From NCBI RefSeq assembly GCF_006345805.1, contig NC_043001.1:129456001-129520000 (forward strand): DNA of 64,000 bases. The letters are read 5' to 3'. Both the position numbers and the translations under genes were made by a program. Source of the stretch: Octopus sinensis (lineage: Eukaryota). This document shows, one piece after another, positions 56,141-64,000 of the stretch (position 1 is its first letter; the number at the start of each line of letters is the position of its first letter). The notes beneath the pieces were generated by a model that was not told where the DNA came from, ran no database searches, and saw only the letters and a program-made list of their open reading frames with translations.

Positions 56141-56297
56141 GGCACAGAAGTAGCTGTGTGGTAAGAAGCTTGCTTCCAAACCACATGGTTCTGGGTTCAG
56201 TCCCACTGCGTGGCACCTTAGGCAAGTGTCTTCTACTATAACCTAGGACTGACCAAAGCCTTGCAAGTCAATTTGGTAAATGGAAACTGAAAGAAGC

Positions 56298-56339
<42 letters not shown>

Positions 56340-56359
56340 CATATATATATGTGTGTGTA

Positions 56360-56427
<68 letters not shown>

Positions 56428-56635
56428 TACATATATATAAAAATATATATATATATATGTGTATGTGTATATTTGTCTGTGTTTACATCTCTGTAACTTA
56501 GTGCTTTGACAAAAGAGACCAATAGAATAAGTAATGGGATCACAAAGAATAAGTTGTGGGGTCGATTTGTTTGACTGAAGTTGGTGCTCCAGCATGGCTA
56601 CAGTCAAATGACTGAAACAAGTAAAAGAATAAAAG
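56141..56635 (+). mobile_element. Family B SINE with expanded internal (TA)n
   Basis: Colinear with 27124-27516. Confidence 0.8.
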
Positions 56636-56676
56636 AAAAAAAATCTCTTTGGCAGGATAGTTCTTATTCAGTAAGG

Positions 56677-56916
56677 TTAAAATCTCACTCTATTAACCTT
56701 AGCAGTGTGCAAAAAGAGGGGTGTGAAGTACTTGATAATATGGCATCTCTTTCTAATTTGATAGGCAGAACATTTAGGTGAGAATGAAATTCCTTCTGAA
56801 TCTGCTTGCCATAAAGTGATATTGTAGTGGGAGGCTGCCTTATCAAACATTTCCTCGTTTTTGGTAAACAGATTGGGAAGACTCTTAATGCTGGTAATGA
56901 GATTTTCAAAAGTCAT
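56677..56916 (-). pseudogene. Penelope-like RT thumb/linker remnant
   Basis: SIKSLPNLFTKNEEMFDKAASHYNITL...RKRCHIIKYFTPLFLHTAKVNRVRF fits the PLE pattern S..E.F..A...YN.AL...R.R.I.W(F/Y)NPPF...V.TN.G..F. Confidence 0.65.
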
Positions 56917-57247
56917 GGAAGAGCAGTATAAACAAACATTAATATATGGGGATTTCTATTAGGTTTTCTGAAAGTTAGTTCTTAATCTTAGGACAGCATC
57001 AAGAAGCCAACCATAGTTAAGTTCATAGCTATTGTTATTTAAAGTTGAAAGTGTGGATGATGTTCTTCCTTAATTTGTCTAAACTGAGTTCAAACCTTGC
57101 CAAGGTCAACTTGAGATTTTTTTTTACCTTCTGAAGAATGATAAACCAAAGAACCTGTCAAATACTGGGCTAATATTTGACTGTTTCTACCATTAGATTC
57201 CTGGCCGTGTGTCTCTGTTAGATAATAATAATAATAATAACAATAAC

Positions 57248-57300
<53 letters not shown>

Positions 57301-57464
57301 TAATAATATTAATAATAATTATTATTATTATCATTATTATTATTATTATTATTACTACAAGGGTTGATATAATTGACTTACACTCCCCTCAGAAGCTGCT
57401 GGCCCAGTGCAAAAATTTAAAACCATTATTATTATTCTCATCATCATTATCATCATCATCATTA

Positions 57465-57511
<47 letters not shown>

Positions 57512-60500
57512 GTCGATGTTGTTATAGTTGTTGTCACCATTGTCGTAGTTCCTAACATGCATATTAACCAGATAAACCACAAAAAAGCAACCCCCACCAA
57601 AAAAGAAAAAAAAACGAAAAAACCCCCCGAAAAAACATAAAATTGAACAGCGCCACTAAACAAGGAAAATACTTCAACTCTCCACTCAAAGAAACCGGGA
57701 TTTTCCACATTATTTTGCTGTTATTGATGTTATTTTGTTTACTGTCATTATTGTTGTTGTTATTGCTATTACTTTTGTGGAAAAATTTATTATAGAATTT
57801 TGCTTATGCTTTTCAAACAAGATCAAAAGTAGATGTTTGAGAAGAAGCAATTTGATGGATGAGGAAGGGAGACGTATACTCAAAAACATCCTCCCCACCT
57901 CATGTAACAAAAAAGCCAAAACAAAATTCACCAAAACCCCCAGAAATAAACCAATATAAAATAAGTATGTGTGATGTAGGGTATATAAAATTAGAGGGGA
58001 AGGAAGGAAGAATTACCTTAAGCTAGTTGATATGAAAGAAGGAAGATATTAAGAAAAAAACTAAAGAGGAATAATTTAAAGGAAAAAACTAAAATTAAAA
58101 TGCTGATACATATAAATAAATAAAATATTGCATAAAGCACATGTTTTACTTGGAAAATTTTCTATATTCTACTTGCTTAGATTATAGAAGTTTTTCATTA
58201 AGCAATTATGAATTTGAAGTTTGTTGAAATCAAAGCTGACCACGTATTTAATAATGGTTGAATTAATTAATTTAGATAAGAAAGAAAAACAAATTAGAGG
58301 AAAGTAAAAACGCGCTCACAAAAAAAAAAAATGAAAAAAATTTGAAGAAAATATACACGTAAACTGAACGCTAAATTTTTAAAAGAAAAAATTAGCACAA
58401 AAGACTTTATTAAAATATCCAGTTGAAACAAAGTAGTCTTGTGTATGTATGCACGTTTATGTTTGTGCAAAAATTTGTATAGGTGTGTGTGTGTATGTGT
58501 GTGTATTTGTATATGCATATTCATGTCTTACAGGTTTCATTTTGGCATGGTAAACTACTGAAAAAAAACCCTACAAGAAAACAACATGAAATTCCAGATA
58601 GTTTAGCTTATAAACATTCCAGTGATGTTATTCTTTTCTTATCTTCTCAACTACTGCATTAATGGCGAAGGAAATTCAGAGTTGAGTGTGTTACTAAATT
58701 CGTGTCCAGCTCTATTGATAGGAAAGAAAGACGTAAACCCTTCCACCAAGAAGCTGAAACTGTACTCACTTGACCATTTCTGATTTATTTGTCATTTGTA
58801 TTCCTGAACATATTGGATCATAAGGACAATAAAGGTGAAAGACATGGCTGGATGATCAAGAAGTTTGCTTTATAACAACGTAGTTTTGGGTTCAGTCCCA
58901 CTGTGTGGCAAGTAGCACAAGATGAGAATGTGCTGCTGTTCGGATACAGATGATTTGGCAAGGTTGACTAGATATTCAGTCTGTTGTTGGCAACAGTACT
59001 TTTTGGGGGCTGGAGGCATGCACACACGTGTAGAAATATGCACATATCGATAGAAAGAGTTAGAGAGATGTTACAATTTATTAACAGAGCACAATTGATG
59101 TAAACACTTTCTCTCCTCATATACTTAAGAGAAATATGCTCACACAGATAAAGAGAGAAGGAGAAAAACATGAGAATGAGGGAATGAAACATTAAAACAT
59201 CCGATGTCAAAGCAATAATGCCAAGTAGGCAGCACCGAAAAGGCTGTGCCAAAATGAGTCATACCCTTAGACAAATGTCTTCTACTACATCCTTGGGTAA
59301 CCAGTGCCTTGTGGCTGACTAGATGGAAGCTATGCAGAAATCCATCATATGTATGTGTGTGTGTAGATGTGTATGCAGGAGTACGCTTCTTTCTGTTGAG
59401 CATTAGAAAAAGTACTAAACTTAAGATAAATACTGGGGGTAACTGATTGACTAAAGTACCTGCCCCAGCATGACCACAGCTTAGAGGCTGAAATGAATTT
59501 AAGGACATTTGGAGCTTAGGGCACCTTTAAAGATTTTATATTACATCATCAGCCTACCAAAGAGATGTATAGTCAGAATTGCTTCCTACAGCTGATAGTT
59601 CTTACATATCAGTAATTACTTGAGTTTTCACAAGATGATGAGAAGGAAGTGATGGGTGACAGGGGATGAAATGTGGGTGGTGGGGGAAGGTTGTTGGGGC
59701 AGAGAGGATGGAGGTGGGGGAGGAGCAGAGCCACTCATGGGCAAGTATTACCGGGGTGTTTTTAAGATATTAGTTCTACTGTGGTGGATGGGTCTCTTTG
59801 CGTACAGCAAAGCACTAATCTTAGTCCTTTGTCCTCTTATGATGGAATAAAAATGAAAAAGAGATTGAGAAAGATGATAATATAGATGAGGACAACAAAA
59901 AACTTAATATGACACTAAACAGAAAATATGAATAAATTTAAGTTTGTGTCAAGGTATAAGTAAATTTAACACTTTCTAGTGAAGTAGAGAAAAACAGGCA
60001 TTTATTTAGATTTGTACAATGTCTCACATAATTGGCTAAAGCAATTTACATTAATGTACATTTAAGATGATAGCAATAGTCAAGATAGATAATGGCAACA
60101 GATTCCTTATACAGAAAACAAGATCAATGCTAATATGAGGTGAAGTGAGTAAAACATGGGTGGAGTGGGTGATTGAATGACCATAGTATGTTACTAGCAA
60201 AGAAAGGAGTTTCTACGTGATCATTTGAACTGCTAGAAATAGTAGATAAATATCCCTCAAATCACAACCTGCTGTCTGAAATAAACTAAGGACACATTAG
60301 ATAATGTCCTCTTACATACTTTATAAGAGATGGGATACTCAGAACTTTGTAATGCTTTTGTGTATAGGTTTACATTTAAAATAGATCTGAATCTTTTTGG
60401 TTACACTTGACTGTCAAGGCTATCTCTAGGTGGTCACATGAACTGCTAGAGGCTAAACAATAATGTGAGGCTAGACAACAACAAGTGTAACTATTATTTA

Positions 60501-60989
60501 TTCAATGACTGAAACAGAAAAATTCAGCACTGGTTGTATTTGAACTTGAAACCAAAAGGAATGTTTATCTAACATTTTACAATGCCTGGCTTCTGAAAGA
60601 ATCAAAATTCTAGTGAAGATGATAATGATGGTAGTAGTTAAGATAATTATTAATATTATCCTCATCAGCATTAATATCATTATCATTAATTTTACACAGG
60701 TTTCTTCAAACTTAAGAGAAGGCATGAATGCCAAAACTGCTTATTCTTTATGTTACAGTTAACTAATATTCTGTCCCAACATAAAAAAATGAAGAAAAAT
60801 AGAAAAACCCCTGAAAATTGAAAAAATATATATAATTATTAGTATTTCAATTATAATGTTCCTTATTATTATTATTACTACTTTTATATTATTATTATTA
60901 TTATTATTACTACTTTTATTATTATTATTTAATATTTATTATTAGTATTATTGTTGTTGTTGTTGTTGTTGTTTAAAATGTATTTAGCA

Positions 60990-62230
60990 AAACTTAAAAA
61001 GCAATTAATAAATAAAGCGAATTAAAATATTTACAAAAGTATGCATAGCTACACACATGTATGTATTATGTATGTGTGTATACATGTGTTATGTGTGTGC
61101 ATGTATGTATGTGGATATATATATATATATATATATATATCCAAACACATATATATACATGTGCAAAGATATATATACACACACACATATATATATACAT
61201 ATATATATATACATATACACATATATATATAAATATATATATATACATATACATATATATATACATATACATAGACATATATATATATATATAAATGTAT
61301 GCATACATGTGCACAGATATATATAGAGAGAGTGAAGGAGGGAGAGAATTCCATATAAACTTTAAGCACTATTTCCGTCTTTGATAACCAATGCAAAAAT
61401 TTCAAAAGAAGAAAAAAAAACTCAAACCACAAAAAACATGAAACCCTAAACTCACAAATAACATTACTTTGAGAAATAAACTGCTGTTTATTTAGATAAA
61501 GATGACATATTTATTCATTTTTTAAAAAATGATTATTACTATTATTTTTTTAAAGAAAGGGAGTGACGCAGTTTGAATGTTTACTGTGTGCTTCTGTCCA
61601 CAAGAAATAAAAACCATTAACCAATAAACAGAATAGAATAATTCTAAACATTGTGAAACTTTCTTGTTTCAAACACACACATATACAATAACAATATATC
61701 ATAATAACGCTAGTAATAGCAAAAACAATGACGATGGTGATAATTATAATAATAATAACAATGATGATGATGATGACAATATTAATAATATTGATGATAA
61801 TGATGATAATGATAATAATAAAAATAATGATGATAATAATTTACAATAGAGAACATGAATTAAACTTTTGAAATGACACGTTTCTTTGGTAATGGAAAAA
61901 TAATAGAAAAACACACACAAGTATGTATATTTATATATACACACTCATACATACACATACCTATACATACATATGTATTTACACATAAATAGATATACCA
62001 ATACATGTATATATACATATATACATATATATACATATATACATATATATACATATATACATATATATACATATATACATATATATATATATATACATAT
62101 ATATACATATATACATATATATACATATATACATATATATACATATATACATATATATACATATATACATATATATACATATATACATATATATACATAT
62201 ATACATATATATACATACACGCACACACAA
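60990..62230. repeat. (TA)n, (AAT/GAT)n and (TATACA)n-type microsatellites
   Basis: Directly visible. Confidence 0.9.
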
Positions 62231-62839
62231 AACAATATCATGTCCAGATTCTTCAGATGTAAATTGTTATTGCATTTGATAAATATTTTTCTGTCTTTGC
62301 TTGTTAAAACAAAATGTGTATGCATGTGTATTTTTAATAATTTGAATTTTATTTTCGTTTTTGTTTTTGATTTTTTTTTTTGGTCTTTATTCAGACTGAA
62401 ATAAAAATTTTTGGAAATAATTTTACTATCATTTTCTAAGGTTTGACTAAATATGTAATGAATACCCATACACAAACAAACAAAAAAGTTTCCATATTCA
62501 TAAAATTTTATTTGAAATATAAATTCATTAAAGATTCTAAACAAAGAAAGACAGAAAGTAGGAAAGAAAGAAATAAAGACAGACAGAAAGAAAGAAAGAA
62601 AGAGACAAGGATTACTAGAAAACTACTTGATACATATTAAGAAAGAGTTTAGAAACAAAAAGGAAATCCCCCCCCACCAAATAAAAAACAAACATAAACA
62701 CATGCTGTAACCACACGCATTCCCTTCATCACATTGTCAATATTACACATCGTCACAAAAGCAGATATGCACCCAAGCACACAGACATATATGTATGTAT
62801 TATATATGTGTAAATATACATACATATATATATATATAT

Positions 62840-62873
<34 letters not shown>

Positions 62874-62944
62874 ATATAATGAGTTTTTATATAAATAATA
62901 TATATATATACACACACACACTAACATATGTATGTATATATATA

Positions 62945-62986
<42 letters not shown>

Positions 62987-64000
62987 CATGCATATGCATA
63001 AACACACACGTTATGAAAGTAGTTTAATTGTTGAGTTGCAGTTTTTATTGTGTTTTTTTTTATTTTTTGGTATGGAATAAAAGATTGATTAAAAGAATAA
63101 AAGACTGGAGAAGTAGAAGAAAAAAAGGGAGATAAATAAATGTAAAGAATGAAAGAAAACAAAAGAAAGAAAAAAAAACAGCCAAGCAAGAAATGAATGG
63201 AAGAAATGAAAGAAAGAGAAAAGTAAGAAATGAGGAAAGTTATAAAGAACAAAAGCAGAACAAGAAGAATAAAAACGGTAAAGATAAAACAAGTAATGGA
63301 ATAAAAAAATAAAAAGTGTGTAGAAAAATAAGAAAAATTAGATAAATAGCAACTATCCCTCTGAAACAATGATAATTTAATAATTTACATTTTTCATTTC
63401 TTTTGCAAAAATGTTATGGAAATTATCATAATCATTTAACGGAATATGAGGTTCTTTTGTAAAAAAAAATTTTTTTTAATTCAAAAAAATATACAGAAAT
63501 GAAAGGACAAAAATCATTTAAAATATTACACAAAAAAGTATTTGTAAAAAAAACAAAACAAACTAGCATACAAATTTTTTTCCAACAAAAAACCAAAAAA
63601 AGACAAGTGCATCCAGCAAAGCAGCAAAACAAGGAAGAATGTTTTATGTTAAAACATGCAAAATAAGTTCCCTATCTCTTGTTGCAGGGAGAACCATGTG
63701 ACAATGTCTGTCACATGGCTGTCACTAGCGACGATGTTGGAATATCTAATGAGTTGTTTCGCTTCATTGTTGTTGTATTCTGGCATCTTTTGTCTCATTA
63801 CATACATATACACACACATGTATATATATGTGTGTGTTGTTCTCGTCTTGTTTGTAAATATTCAAATTCTATTGTTTTATAATTATAGTTGCCTGAGTAT
63901 TTATTTAATTTTTGTTGTAGTAAGTTTGGGGAAGAAAGTTTTATTCGTTTTCAAACAAGACAAATCTACATTCATAGGTACTCCCTGAACATTTGATAAC

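Noticed and set aside
58836-58847. TGAAAGACATGG, matching the 5' end of miR-71
   Set aside because: Match stops at 12 nt, there is no precursor hairpin, and it is the start of a decayed SINE head.

Overview
This is an AT-rich eukaryotic window made almost entirely of microsatellites and transposon debris. The SINE families and microsatellite load point to an octopus or related cephalopod (inference; no database search run). I found no recognisable host protein-coding exon. Nearly all ORFs in the track are low-complexity or repeat artefacts. The only real protein remnants are from transposons: a mariner DD34D transposase, a Ty1/copia RT, a Penelope-like RT, and five C-termini of REL-endonuclease (R4/Dong-like) LINEs. 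The main hidden signal is RNA-level. At least 14 type I minimal hammerhead ribozyme (HHR) motifs from several unrelated families lie in short non-coding elements. They have palindromic, loop-less helix III, mostly abut (TA)n tracts, and fold back on themselves at their 5' ends, as expected for non-autonomous Penelope-like or retrozyme-like elements. Some cores are intact and canonical. Others carry recurrent non-canonical features: a U.U pair closing helix II in three families, an extra A after A9, or U4C. One HHR sits in a tRNA-headed 308-bp insert with a 12-bp TSD. Other notable items are a SINE-derived ~1.06-kb higher-order tandem array, three non-autonomous Helitrons (one inserted inside an HHR), a 201-bp 100%-identical inverted local copy, and a CpG-rich island that may be a promoter or first exon. 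All structures were derived by eye, and activity is untested.
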